64,000 nt of DNA from Ptychomitrium polyphyllum (lineage: Eukaryota). The stretch is from contig OZ316775.1 in NCBI GenBank assembly GCA_973851085.1, positions 2,232,001 to 2,296,000 on the forward strand, read 5' to 3'. This document shows, one piece after another, positions 27,201 through 41,590 of this stretch. Position 1 is the stretch's first letter. Each line of letters opens with the position of its first letter. The notes under the pieces were generated by a model. It did no database searches. It was not told the origin of the DNA and worked only from the letters and a program-made list of their open reading frames with translations. The position numbers and the translations under genes are program-made.

Positions 27201-30200
27201 ATTAAAATTTTATTTTAAAGCAATGTGAATTATATACGGAAGATTAATAATTTCCAGGTTTGTTCTGTTAAAACAAATATAAAGTTCAATACTTTCAATA
27301 CATTAGTTTTATTGTATTGCTTCAATCTATAACATTGTGTTCACAAGATTACTTTTAAAATTAAAATCAATGCATTTTTTGTTTAATAAATTATTTTTTT
27401 GCTTAATTGAAGATTTGGAATTTTTATAATATATTTTTTGTTACAAGGACAAACTCAATCATTGAAGAAGACAATATTTTCATTAATTATTAATTTTAAA
27501 TGCGAAAATATTCCTTTTAAGTGTCTATTAGTCAATTGGTTATTATTTACACAATGGCTACCTAAGCATTCTTTAACCTAAAAAAGAACTATAGTTTTGA
27601 CTTACAATTTTAAAACAAATTTTTAATTTATTTTAAATAACTAATCAAATGTTAAGTCACATTTAATACAATCCGTAATTAAAAAATAGAATAAAAAATA
27701 TGCATTCAAAACTCTATTAATTATACAAAAGGTTACAATTTGAAAATGCTAACCCAAAACTTAATCCACAAGTTGTTTTAGAGCAAGAACTAGATGCCGT
27801 ATATATCTTAGATTGTTATACAATATATAATATATTATAATTTTAAAATTAATGTATATTGTAGATACCACATGGGTATTTAAACAATATAGATTCCTTA
27901 AAAGTTTGTGAGTTGGAAATCAAAATTGAAGAATTATATACTTAATTTAATAATATAAACTTTGAATACATCTTTGAATGTAATTTTTTTGAAACCAGTC
28001 TTCATACAAATAATTAAGTGTATTAAGATATAGAAATTCGTGTGATATCTACAATATAGAATAATTAAAATTCCCATGTAGTATCTACCACATTTGAATA
28101 ATATAGAAAATTAATAAAAAATTTCATTTCCATCTTTAACTTATAAACGTATCTATCAAAGCACAACTTATAAAGTTTGAGTTTTGATTCCACTACCTTA
28201 AATGCAATAAGATAATTACATAATTTCTTAATAAAATATAATTTATAAACATGCAAAATAGTTCTAAAATGGTTGATTATCAAATTCTAAGTTTGATAAG
28301 AAATAAATAAAAATTGAATAAAGAACATAATTAAAATCTACAACAATACAGATATATTTAATAATGTTTGAAAATGTTATTGTTTTGTTACTTTCAACTA
28401 TTGTTACATTATTATGCTACTTATTTTTTATATTTTATATTTTTATTTTGTAAATTCTTTTTTTTCCTTCCATTTGATTGAAAGAAATGCATCCACATAA
28501 GTAATTTTTAGGATTTTGATCACAATTCTTCAATGTCAAAATATTTGAATTCTTTTTTGAATATGCAAGAGTATATTTGATAGGTGAAATGTAAAGTTTT
28601 ACCATATTATGAAGGTTCAAAACTTTTTTGAAGGATTCTTCCTTTAAAAGAATTCCAATAAAGTTCAACTTAATTTTTAATAAATTTGTCATAATTTGGC
28701 ATTAACTACAATGTGTATTTTCCAATTAATTGTGAATCTAATGTGATTAGTTCTTAATGAATATTACATTTTAAACTAATCTAATAAATTTGAAGAGTAT
28801 TCTGAATAGCTCTTATATTATCCTTCACATGTAATAAAAAAGTTTAATTTTTAAAAAAGAATATAGTAAATGAACTATAGAAGCTGAGCTTTTTACATCA
28901 TTTACCAAGTTCTATAAAAGATGTGCTTGCTAAGAACTCCTTCATGTATTAAAGCAACAATATAATTCTAATACACCTAGTCATACATATCTACATGTTT
29001 TCTAATCCCATTGGACACTTGCTTTCATTCTCTTGAACCAAAAACTTGTTGAGTATGTTATAAACTACAACACAATTTACCACTTTACCCTCTAACTCTA
29101 ATAATCTTTTAGTTGATAACATAAAACAGCCAAAAGTTGGGGTTTCAGTGTCTCAGTTATAGGTGCACTTTAACTTATTGCTGCAGCGTGCACAACGACA
29201 CCCAAAGCTTAACTCCAGATCAGTGGCCACAGCTTTCCATCAAACACCAAATTATGAACTGAAACTATTGCACGAATGCGAGCACATTACATCCAATAAG
29301 CGCCGGTTGTCTGCCTGGGAGGGATGGAAGGGATTCATAAGGTCGGTTCTCCAATAAACAAATGCCAATTGCAGCGTACCCAGCTCTGTCGAGTCCATTT
29401 CAAAGACCAGGTCTTCGATGAGTCATTAATGGTAAACTTACTTGGTTTCCATTAGTGTCATCAGTAATCAGAACATAGCTTTTCTTTCAGGCTTCCAGAG
29501 CCAACTTTTTCTTACCTTTTTGTGAACCAGGTAGAGTGCATGCCTTCCCGAAGAAGAACACATACACATTGGAACCAGCCTTGGGCCGGGGATGAGCCCT
29601 GACAGATTATTCCTTTAGGTCTTCAAAATTCCAATGCCAACTTCCTTCGCTCCAGTCTTTTGTTCCATACCTTTCTTTAACAAGCATGCTACTCGCCTTC
29701 GAATAAAGAGGTTGAGCTTAAAAGATTCTTAGTTTTTGTATAATGATGATTTATTATATTTGTATTACATGAGTCCAAATACTACAATTTAAAGTGTGCT
29801 AGAACTTTTTTTTTTTTTTTTTTTGATATAGTTTTTAAAAATAGTTGTGGTTTGTTGATGTTTAACCATGCTCTTCCTTTAAAGTCATTCATATACATAT
29901 CTTATCTTGAAGGTGGTTTGTTTTTATTATTAGAGAATGTTATGATAGTAATTGGGAAGTGGTTGGATAGTGGTTGATAGTGATTGAATCCTTAAATATT
30001 TGAAGATTTTTTCATAAACTAAATGTATTAAATATGCGTCTTATATGATGTTTTGAAGTTATACAAAATTTAGAAATTATGATTGACAATCTCTAGATTT
30101 CATTCACATAGTTTGTGTACAACTATAATGCCTTAATTAAATTATTAGAAGTAATCTTTTGATAGTACTATCACTATAAAATATATTTTTCTTATTGGAA

Positions 30201-31201
30201 GAAAGTCACCATTTAAAATGTACATTTTTCATAAATTCATTCATAATATTGATATCAATACAATTGTTGAATGTAAAATGATCTATCATGGTCATGCATG
30301 TTCTCCAATGCCCAAAATATGTGATACCAGGTTCCATGCATGACAATATGTTATCCCTAAATCATCACCTATTTCCTCTCAATACTTGACATGCAATTGA
30401 TTTGCCTGCTTCCTTGTAAATAGTGGATTGCGGTAGCTTTGGGGCTCGCAATTGGTGGCTCCGAGGAAAGTACAATGCAGGTGTGGGGAGGTGGTGGATT
30501 AAGTGGTTTAAGGACAGTGGATCTTAATAGTAACTACAGGATGATGCTGGAACCAGAAAACCCGGGGGAAAAGGTCTTGAGGACTAAAGGAGCCTTAAAC
30601 AAAGGTGAAGCTGGCTGCTCCAGTGTCTCCGCTGGCATTTCTTGGTCCTTGACTAAAATAAGACAGCCCAGTTGCTATTTACATAAATTCAAATGATCAT
30701 GTGAACTCGCTTTATTGCCGGCTTCTAGCAGTGCACTGTATCACACACTCATACACACTCATTTGCTTTCCACTTTGTAAGACATATTATTATCACTTAT
30801 GTTGGATAAATTATTTGTCACTGTGTATTTGCAAAAGTTTATTCTTTTATTCCACAGTCCGCGTATGGGGCGACGCTGTAGTGGACTTGTGCAAGGTGAA
30901 TACATTTTCACTTTCAAACTTTCAGCTACAGATCACAGCTGTAAATCTTCCAGGAAGTGAGCTATCTATATCTTTGGTCACATGGTAAAGGGATGCCCAA
31001 ATAGGAAACCACGAACTGCCACTGGGTGGAAATAGATGACCCAGTGCGGTCAAATGAATGACCTGACGGCCGGGATGAATTGCGATTGCTGCTAGGTTCT
31101 CAAATAGCACACTATGGAGATAAAATTATGGTTTAGATGCCAATGGAGTTAATAAGAAATTCGGAGTTGCGGGCGGTAACTTTACTTACATATGCATCGG
31201 C

Positions 31202-31266
31202 TAATCCCTGACACGCTGTGAGTAATCCCTGACACGCTGTGAGTAATCCCTGACACGCTGTGAGTA
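31202..31266. repeat. Three perfect tandem copies of the 21-bp unit TAATCCCTGACACGCTGTGAG
   Basis: Read directly. Followed by about 3 copies of TTCAGGTTCTG at 31295-31325. Confidence 0.95.
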
Positions 31267-34200
31267 TAGTATTATTGTACTGCACAGTACTATATTCAGG
31301 TTCTGTTCAGGTTCTGTTCAGGTTCGACTGTGAAAATTTGATTTGGTGTCAGTCACATTTAGCTGACTTAAAAGTACTATAGCTTGTTACGTAAGATATT
31401 TTTTTTTGCAATTTCTTCAAACGAATATTATTTCTTCCTATATATGACAAAAGCCAAGTATTCAAAAACGTCCAATTTAGTTGATCAAATGCCTTTTATA
31501 AGTCCACAAATAACATGGCCATTTTTTTTTGGAAGATTTTCAACAACTCAAAGTTGGTTCTTCTTCAAAAACATATGATTGTGCATATGAGAACATAAGC
31601 TAATTGAGATAAGGTAACGCTACAATGTGATGTGTCATTAACATGGTTGGTTGGTTTGTAAAGCCATGAATATTTTACATAGTGGTTTAAGAAAGGAATT
31701 TGATTACCAATTAGTGAATAGATAATGAAAATTTTCTATAAAAATGATTGTACTGAAACTAGAATTAAAGGCACAAACAAGATTTTGGTTTTAAAATATA
31801 AGGTGGCGAATTTGAAGACATCTTCTCTGATGAAGTTCCAAAGTTCTAGAGAAAAATCTACAGGTAGGATGTTGGTCTGAAACTTTGTTCCTTAATAACT
31901 TCCCAACATCTGGTTAGTTCTTGGTTTTAAGAACGTGTCACAAACTTAGGAATGCACTTGTAAATCATTTCTTGGGCCTATTGCATTGGCTCCAAGAACT
32001 GCATGTGCAAGTCTCCTGGTATAGATTAGGATAATTATTGTAGATAGAGTTTGATCTTTCTCTATGATTGGAGATAAGTTGCACATCTTTAAGCAGCTCG
32101 TTGATGGTAGATCTAGATTAACTTGCTTCAACTTTCTTTAAAAAATTATTTTGAGCATCTGTCACTAATTTGTATCCAGGATCTAGCTGTGCTCTGGATG
32201 TAATTGGCTAGCTTTGCTAATCACATTTCTTGTGACTGGTGATCATTGTTCAGGATATCTTTAGCCTCTAGCAATACTAATTTATTTCCAGAGCAATCCA
32301 GGATCAATTGCATGTTATACCTTTCGTAGACTGAAGAATCCCAAAATCACTCTAGACCACTTCAAAAACTTGGCAAGCCCTAACTACTGTGTAAGATCTA
32401 ATGAGACCTGGTTACATTAATGAGTTCTTAGTACAGTATGTCGTGACTGTACTGTAAGTTATTACACACCTTTTTGCAAAGCTACAAAGATTGATTATAG
32501 TTTTAGAGGGAGCCTCCATTGAAGTTTCTTTTGTTTGATCCATAGCTGGATGCAGTCCAGGATTTATCCTACTCTTAAAAGTTGGTTGAGTTGGTGTATA
32601 ACTTAGTACTGTCTGTAAGTAAGGCCAAGATCAGCTTTATCAATCTACCAATCTATTTTTGATGGTTAGTAAATATGTATCGTTTGCCTCAAACTGTAAC
32701 ATTGTCGTTGTTACTTGTGTGAAGTTGACTCAGATTTGCAATCATTAAGCTTTGATGGAACCTGTACCATATCACAAATTTTTACAATATCCCATGTTAA
32801 GTTTTACTCATAACTGCCCCTTCTCATGTTGACTATTTTGCACAGCTGCAGAAAGTGAAATTTCACCAAGGAGGAACATGTTGAGTGGCTGATTTGCGTG
32901 TGCAACTCAAAGGCTTTTGTCTGTTAGTTGTATCAACAGACTTGTGATGGCAATGAAGTGGTCCACAAAAATCCTAGTAGCAGATTTCTTCTTGGCAAAT
33001 GGTTTACTGAAAGAATAATGGTAGCATGGGCCCCAGGTTGAAAGAAATCGTCTATGAGCAAATTGGTATAGTCAGCATTTCATGGATTTTATGTTACAAA
33101 TCAGCTTGTTAATCAACAGGTGCCACCATTGTCAACAGATTTTGCTTGCAAGTTGCTTATGCAGCTTCATAGTGCTGCTCCAAATGATTGCAGACGTTTT
33201 GAGCCAGATGGGTGAAAGCCATTGAATCCTGAGGCCCAGCTGCCCTGCTGCCCTGCTGCCCTCAGCTCAATAGCTATGGGTCATTTTGTTAGATTACAGT
33301 TGTGCTACGTACCAAGTCACAACTAGGACAGGTTGAATCTGCATGTTCCTTACCAGAAAGGAGATGCTTCTACAGCTTAGAAAATGTGCTAAAATCCCAC
33401 TACCTGTAAATATAGGAGAATTGTGTCCTTACCCTCCTAGGCAGGGGGTCTATGTAATAGTTAATTACAGGTAAGCCTGTGCACTGTGGTAAGCTGGAAT
33501 AGCTCAGCAAGCAGTCAAAGTTGAAAATTACACATGCCTTGAAAATGAGACAAGAGTAGTTGAAACCGGTTTCCAGGTCACTGAGTTCAAACACTACACC
33601 TTGCAATTAATTAAGTTGCCTGAAAGTATAAAATGTGACAGTCCAACCTTTGAGGAGGCATAAACATGTTTCACTTGCTGGACGTGGAGTATTCTGAGGT
33701 TGTATCTAGATTTCAGTCTGAACAGCACATGCTTTTGAACTGGACGCAATGTCCACAATAAGGGTGCCCACATTTTCACATGTTTGGATCTTAACCATTG
33801 CTTTTGGCCACACCCACATGCTGGAACATGGAATTATAAAATATGACAAAGCTACAATTTCTTTTATCTCTTGGATATTAAACTATTTCTTCTTGCAATA
33901 CAATCATGGGTTGCAACTCAGCATAAGGGTTGCTAAATCTGCTTCGTATTATTTGAATAATGATTTATTAGTAGTGGAAATACATCATCATCTTAACAAG
34001 AAGAGAATCTGAACAAGTAAATTAAATTTTTTTTAGATTTAAAAAAAATCATACAATCACAAATCCATGGAAATCCAACTTCACACTAACTCATTGTTTG
34101 GCACACCTTTAGTGACACTCAATACCAAGACTAACAATGGTGATTATTGGAAGTGCAATATGTTAGTACTGGAGTGGGTTCTCCTAAAAGCGACAAAGAG

Positions 34201-35454
34201 AACATACACCAAGTTTAAGTGACGGGAATGGGTAACCATCCGGTAGCTCGAACGTTGTGGCAGGTAATAATTTGGTAACCCACCGGCCATAATCAATACT
34301 AATATCAACTAACTAATCAACCAAAACACTGCCACGACATCAGCGTGAAATGCATCCATCCAGACCTTCCACACCCTCCGATGTTCGATCCAAAGGCGCA
34401 GATCCAAAACTCATTTGTAGCGCATGGCGAGAGATCGGCAGCCGTTGCAACGGTGAACGGCAACTTCACTAGTTGGATGACTGATCCGACGGCCCAGCGA
34501 CTCCCGATCTGGTCAAGCGCACGGAGCTTCGCTGCAATGCACGTGAGTCCCAAACTTTTCAGCTCTGGACTATTGCTACGAAATCCGTTGCTGCGAGCAC
34601 ACTCGCGTTCATGCGATGCGATGAGATGCGATGCGACGTCCACCTCGGTGCGGGTGCGATGGGTGACTTGGGAGCGCCCGTCTCGAGACCAGGAATCCCT
34701 TGAATATCGTCTTGCATTATTCGCATGATTATCTCGCAAGCCTCCCTCAATCAGTCCCGTGATTGAGCGTGGTCACTGGTCGTCTCTTATACATCCCTTG
34801 TTGCCTCTTCCCTGCCTGCCGTGGTGGCCTTGTCGTGGTCGAGACTGGAGGGTGGAAGGAACAGTTGGGTGACGGGGTTGTCCGGGTCTTGTGCAAATGA
34901 CGCATTTGTAGCGGAGGAATTGAATAATCTGCATGCTGCAGGGAGCTCTCTCCCTGAAGTATACAGGTTCTTTAGTTCAGGTGCATGATTTGAGGTTTGG
35001 AGGTTCAAGCGTTTTGTGGATTGAGCTTGCAGGTGGGCAGTTGGTTGTGGTGTGCGGTGACCACTTGAGGATGGATTTCGATGAGGAGGTTGATCATTTA
35101 GAATCCGTGAATCAGTAGGTAGTGAATCCATTACGAAGTTGCTAGCTTTTCCAAGATCACTATCATGCTCTTTCTCTGTAGCGACGATTCTTGGTGCTTG
35201 GAGTGTTGGTAGAGGCTGATTATGAGGTAATCGTTGGCCATGTGACTAGTGCAACAGATCTTGAGTCTAGCCTTTTGCGTTTCGGTGCTCACCGACAGGC
35301 GAGTGAGCGGTTCTCCTCGATGTGGAGGTTGATTACCGGGTAGCTACCAATGCTGCTACAAGAAGGAGATTCTGGAAGGGTGAGCGCGAGTGTTGAATCC
35401 AGCTGACGAGAGTGAGGGAGGAACAGAGCGAGTTTTACTCCGGCGAGTTTTGCA

Positions 35455-38400
35455 ATGTGTAATTATCCTGCTGTCAATACCACGATGGGCATCTCCCCAA
35501 GTGATAGTACTCTGTCCGGGACTCTGTCGCTGCCGTCGCCGGCGCCTTCGCCGAACACGCTAGCTCTGCCACCGAAGGCGCAGAATGCGCTCGCCATGTA
35601 CAACCCCATGTCGCTCATTGAGAAACAGGACGGGCCGAAGCCGCAGAAGTACTCGGAGGTGGACATCGATGGCTTGATTCGCGCGCTCAAGAATCCGCCG
35701 GAGCAGATTGTGGACCTCTACATCCACTATTGCCCGCGCATTAAGTCGGACACGGACAATTGCTCGGTGTCGCTCACGCTGGCGGACCACAATTTCGTGC
35801 GGCGGCTTTTGTACCGGTTCGCGGGGCCCGAGCGGACGCAAGATTCCGACCACAAAGTGTGCTCCAAGGTCATCACGGCGGTCGTGGCCAGCCCCGCGGT
35901 GTCGTCGGTGACGCTGGAGATCGACTACGTGCAATCCGACGTCATAGTCGCGGAGCTCTGCACCGCATTGCACACGAACCGGACGCTGAAGAAGTTGAGC
36001 GTGTACAGTGACAATCGGTTCCAGCAGCCCTTGAACTCAGAGTGCGTGAAGCACATCGCCGAGATGTTTCTCGTCAACACGGGCATCCGGGAGATTCAAC
36101 TTGGGTTAATCGACATAAACCTCCAGGTCGCGGATAATCTCGCCCTCGCTCTGCGGCGGAACCGGAGTCTCCAAGGGCTCACTCTGTACGCACGCATCGA
36201 CTCTGATGCCATGGCGATTCTCACTAAGCCATTCTCCGGGCAAGAGCCGAATCAGACGCTTCAGAAGCTGGAGATCAAGGGGTTTAAGTGCGTCGGTGCT
36301 CGTGGCGATGGCCAGATTGGCAACAAAGGTGCGGAGCATATTGCAACAGTGTTGTGCCGCAACACCTCCTTGAAAGAAGTGGCTTTGAAGAACTGCGAGA
36401 TTGATTCTCTCGGCGTGCAGACGCTTGCGCTCGCGCTTCTAACGAACAGGAATTTGGAGGTTCTCGACTTGTCGTACAATCCTCTGGACGTGACGGGGTT
36501 GAAGGAGATTGTGAAGACGATCACGATGGACCCCGCGACGCAGATTCAGCCCAACACCACGTTCCGGGAGATTATCATCCGCCATAGCTTCATTAGCCGC
36601 GCCGGCGCTGCCATTCTCGCCAACATGCTGAAGACCAACAAGACGCTTGTACGCTTGGACCTCCAGTTCAGTGTGCGTCTGTGGACGCCCAAGGACGTGC
36701 TCATGATCTTACATTCTCTTAAGAACAATCAGTCGTTGCGGTTTCTTGACTTGAGGGGCTGCGAGGGTGTCGACGGGGCGAAGATTCGTGACACAATTCT
36801 TGACCTTTTGGTTACGAATCCCTGGCTCGAGCAAGTGGGCGTCGAGGGCACTCCTTTGTCTCGCAAGGGCCATGACGCCGTGATCAAGGCGCAGTTGAGA
36901 AGAAACGCTGAGAAATATATGGAGGTCTTCAAAGGAATGGGGACCGTGACGCCCAACTCCGCTAGAGTGTTCCTTTGCGGCATTCCATTTGCAGGTTAGC
37001 TCAAATCCTAATCAATTCTCGTTCGAGTTCTCTTGAAGTTTGGGAATCCCCCGAAGTTCTAGTTTTAGAACATCCTCTCATAACTCAGTATCGCGCTCAA
37101 ATTTCAAATTCATGGTATGTCCATGTTCTTAAGCCGGAATTTGCAGTACAACCGTTTCGAATTCGCAGTCTAATTAGGCGTACGTAGGCCAGAGTTGCAG
37201 ATGAATTATGCGTTTAGGATTAGAAGGATTGATAATTTTCGCAATCGTCTCAGCTAGTTCTGTTTTGCAGGGATTGTTGAGACAACTGGTGTTTCGGTTT
37301 TGACTTGGTAGCTATGGTTGCTTGATGCAGGAAAGACGACGTTCCGGAAGACGATGGTATACAGCAACATCAAGAGAACCTCCAGTTCGGTGCGGTTGAA
37401 AACATCGGCTGCTTTGCAAGAATCGAAGATCTTCAAAGCGGGAAGGAAGGAGTCACAGACTATCGGGATTGAAGTGCAAATGATAGTGGAAGACAATGTG
37501 CATATCTCCATCTGGGATCTCGCAGGTCACGAGGAGTTTCACGCGTTCCACGACCTTGTTGTGCCAAACTTGAGCTCGCAGGGAAGCGCATGCACGTTCG
37601 TGCTCCTGTGCGACATCTCCATGCCACAAGGGAAGGGTGGGAGCAAATTCGTGCTCAAGGACGTCAATGTCATTGACCAGGAGCTTCGGTACTGGCTCCG
37701 GTTCATCGCGTCCAACACGCGCCAGTCGCTCCACATGTTGCCCAATGTGACGGTGATCTTCACGCACTCGGACAAGTTTCCTAAGGTTGACCTAATTGGA
37801 TACTGTAAGCAGCCTGTGGAGAAGCTGCGAGTTCATTTTCAGCGCGTGATCAACATCACCGAGTTCCATGTCGCGGACGCTAGGTCACGAAAGTCCATCG
37901 AGCCAGTGCAGAAGGCGATGCAGAAGAGGATTGCGAACATTCTTGACCGGGTGCCCAAAGTCTTCGACGCTTGCAGCCAGTTGCAAATGAAGCTTAACGA
38001 GTGGAAGAACCAGCACCCGGACAAGCCCCTCATCCAGTGGTCCGACTTCACTCTCCTCTGCAGCAAGGTGCCTGCGCTGAAACGTCTTCAGGGGCAGGAC
38101 CTTAAGATCGCCGACGAGCGGGCGAAGGCGGTAGCGCGGGCAATGCACGACGCAGGAGAGCTTCTGTTCTTTGACGGGCTGGATTTCATGGTGGTCGATC
38201 CCAACTGGTTCTGCCACGAGATTATGGGCAGGATTCTGAGCCTCGATAGCTCTTTTCTTGTTCCTAAACAGCCGCTCATCAATCAGAAAGGCTACACCAA
38301 GCGCGAGCATTTGAAGAAGGTTCTTGAAGCTTCGTTTTGCAAGAACAAGAACCCGCTCTTTAAGGGGCGCAAGGTACGCGGTGTCGTTCCTGAAGATCTC

Positions 38401-40088
38401 GTCCAGCTCATGGTTAAGCTGAACTTGTGCTTTGAGGTGAACCCCGCAGACAAAACCTCCGGCATTGTCATTCCCGCGTCGTTGAGCAACCTCAGTGAAG
38501 AAGCTGCTCGGGGAGAGAGACGCCTCAGTTGGCCTTTGGAGTACAGCCAGGTCGCGGATGATGAACTCTTGCGCCTGGGCTGGAGATTGAAGTGCGAGGA
38601 TCCGGATCTCACATTCCTCACTCTTGGATTCTTTCCTAGACTTCAGGTAACCTAGCTTCTTCTGCAATGCCGTCTTCCACTCTGTTTTCCATCTGTCTGT
38701 ATCATTCTCATTAGTCTATCATTTTCTTCGCAGTGATGTGAATGTTTGCACATGTGCAGGTTTTCCTCCAGAAGCAATTTGCGGGTGTTTTAGACGCACA
38801 CTATACAATTGAGAAGAATTTCATTTCCTTTGTATTCAGCGGACTTGAGTTTCTGATCGAGTACAATGGGCCAGAGGATTGTCAAGTTGACATTCTTGTT
38901 AGGTCGTCGAAAGACATCGTGGAGACGTGGGCTACCGTTGAGGACAACGTACTCAAGCCCATTCGTGAGTTTTGCGCCTCCCCTACGGAAGGATGTCAAG
39001 GAGTGGTTCTCATTGAGGAAATCATGCGACCGCAGTGTGTGAGGGAGCTCTGGGTACGCAAGAAGAGGACCAAGGATCAGTGCATTGGAGTGGAGGTTTT
39101 GAAGCAGAAGGTGCTTGCGTCGTCAAGGCTGGATTACGAGTACATTTGGAGAAAGAGTATGGAGGAGAGCCATGGATTGAAGGCTGACAGAGCTGAGGAT
39201 TTGCTTGGACCTGAGAATTGGGAAGATATCTTGAACAGATGCCTCGACAGCCTTGAGAAGATCGACTTCGAGGTGAACAGCAAGAAGTCGTCATACGAAA
39301 TGAGCAGTCCACTTAGTCCTTTTACTCCGCAACCATCACGGCGCATTGGTCGCACGGTGTCTCTCCTCCCTCGCCCATCTGAGATGACCCGCCAGCTCCT
39401 TGAATCGCGCCTCACTGACCGAACTGTTGAAGTGGCCACTTACCAGAAGAGGTTATTCCCGGAGTTGTCACAGAACATCGATAATGTCATCGACTTCCCA
39501 TTCCTCTTGCAAGACGCCAAGGTCCCGCATCTTGTCTACCTCAGTACTGGTGGTGACGCTGTGAGCAGCGAGCGTCTCGTGACGAAGCTTGTTCCGGGGT
39601 CATATTCCAGAAAGCTTCACCTCATGTGCGAGCATCGTGACGGAATTCACATCATGGACCATCAAATCGGAGGCATCATGCGGTGTGATGAGAAGTCGGT
39701 TCGCAGCGTGCGGCCTCACATGCTGTGGGGTCTCAAATTGATTTCCACCTTGTTGCGCATCAGTGAGCTCGCAGCTGGTGGATTTTCCAACATGCTCACA
39801 GAAGCAGAGCGCATGCGTCTCATGGGCATGGTTGCTGACGATGAAGCTAACGATTCAGGCGAGTGGCCTGATGTAACGAGGCGTCTTTCCTTCACGCCCG
39901 AGGAGATGATGGCAGCTGAGGATTGGCTCATCCACTACATGAAGAGCAAAAACATACCTGCCTTGTTTGGGCTTTACAAAGTCGTTTACCTCGACGATGG
40001 GATGCCTTCCAAACACACCGCCTGGATTTGTGACAAGCACGTGAAGTATGGTCTTCATCACGGCAGAGTACAGATGCTTCCCATGTAG
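35455..40088 (+). CDS. TORNADO1-like Roco protein (RI-type LRRs + Roc GTPase + COR); exons 35455-36994, 37331-38646, 38760-40088; about 1394 aa
   Basis: RI-like LRRs (e.g. LALALRRNRSLQGLTL, NRNLEVLDLSYNPL). The P-loop GIPFAG|KTT spans a phase-1 intron; TIGIEV, WDLAGHEEF and THSD G-motifs follow. COR motifs VVDPNWFCHEIMG and GFFPRLQV; TRN1-type LHLMCEH and terminal AWICDKH. Confidence 0.9.
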
Positions 40089-41397
40089 GGTGTTAACTTT
40101 TTATACATAAACATAGAGCCAAGGGAGCCAAGGGAGCGAGGATGTATCATCATCTGTTCATCTGGATATAATTAGGATTAGTGATTCTCGCGGTTCAGAC
40201 TCAATCCTTATGAGCTGTCCTCAGATTTAGGGTTTAGGCACTTTTGAAGTGCAACCGTATCCTCGCAACAGATTGGACAAGGGCGCCTTCTAGTGGTTGC
40301 CCATATAGTATCTCAGACACTGCTACACTGAGGTCTTCGATTTGATGAAGAGCGACACGACTTTGGTCGATCAGAAGCTCAATTCCCGTTACAAGGTAAG
40401 TCCATTGTTTCAGTTGAGTAACTTGAGTAGTTCCACATATGCATTGCCTCTAGCCAGTTATGCGCGAGTGGGCATGAATGCAGGTGACCTTGAAGCTTTC
40501 TTGACTGATCATCTCCTGCTGTACTTGGCAGATATTTGAGGAGGTTTCCGTGATCGAGCAGAGACGGTGTTGCGGTTTCTGCCAGTCCAAGGCGTAAGGG
40601 ACTGGTGTAGTTTATACATGTAAGTAGGTAGATTTTAAATTTCTCCGTAAGGAATCGGTGTATAATAGCAAGCCCAACGTGCTTTGAGCTAGGTTGTTTA
40701 AGTTACTACTTGAGACGTCAGCTTTTGGAACTGTTCATTTTTTACTCACGATTACCTTTTTACTCAGGTTTTCTCCGAGGCCACACTTTCGATTGAACTT
40801 TCATTTGTGGATCCTCTCAACTTAAATTTTTCAATATGCCGTATGACACTATATGAAAAGAAGTTTTTTTGAGAGGGTCACCATTGTCTGTTCTCCTGTC
40901 GTAGAACTTCATTTTAGTTTCTTCAACAAAAAGAATGCCTGACATTTCTATAACCAGAGGAGAGTTTTTCGTTTGTTTTATTTTATGTGGGTAGGCTTTT
41001 TACGAACCTATACCACTGGAGCATGTGTTTGAGCATGCGTTCCAGCTTAAATGCTAAAAGGTCGTACCTTTGCAGTCAACCGAATCTGCTGGTATTTGAG
41101 ATTGACATCTCTGCTAGGTAGTGTTATGAAATCATGAAGTTCTGCACCAAGACTACACCTCCCTCCTGAGATTGAGTGAAATGTTCTACGATTTTACTTG
41201 AGTTTTCCTGCGTCTGCTGCGACAGTCCTGCTAAACGCTGATGTCCATTGCCAAATATGTAAAGCCACATTCGTTAAATTGGCCAATCCCGTGGTTTTGT
41301 CCGCTAAAAATAGTGTGAATGTGGCAACTTAACATTGAAAAAATGACGGGGATTGATCAACTTAACAAATATGGCGTTACGTCCACCAACACCTGTT

Positions 41398-41590
41398 GTG
41401 ATTGGCATGGTATGTTTCGAGATTGTAACAGGGCGCACTCCGTTTGAAGGAAGATCTATTCAAATTGATGCTATTCTGAGTGAAGAAAGACTGCTGTTGC
41501 CACACGACTTGGATCCAACTGTAAGGGTATCAGAATCAGTCGTAGGCAATCGGATCCTTCAAGAATGCCTAGCTTTGTTGACATATGTGA
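41398..41590 (+). pseudogene. Protein kinase C-lobe relic (subdomains IX-XI)
   Basis: GMVCFEIVTGRTPFEG...ERLLLP, then after a frameshift SDPSRMPSFVDI. No upstream kinase subdomains are in frame. Confidence 0.7.

Noticed and set aside
22350..29150. Short ORFs or an identifiable transposon in the AT-rich block (likewise 49600-52000 and 59000-60500)
   Set aside because: The ORFs are low-complexity F/I/K/N/Y strings, and I found no terminal repeats, transposase or RT motifs by eye.
37885..38667. 260-aa antisense ORF within Roco exon 2
   Set aside because: Fully overlaps a well-supported sense exon and has no domain signature.
40226..40238. Interstitial telomere (TTTAGGGTTTAGG)
   Set aside because: Fewer than two full units; at most a telo-box or chance match.
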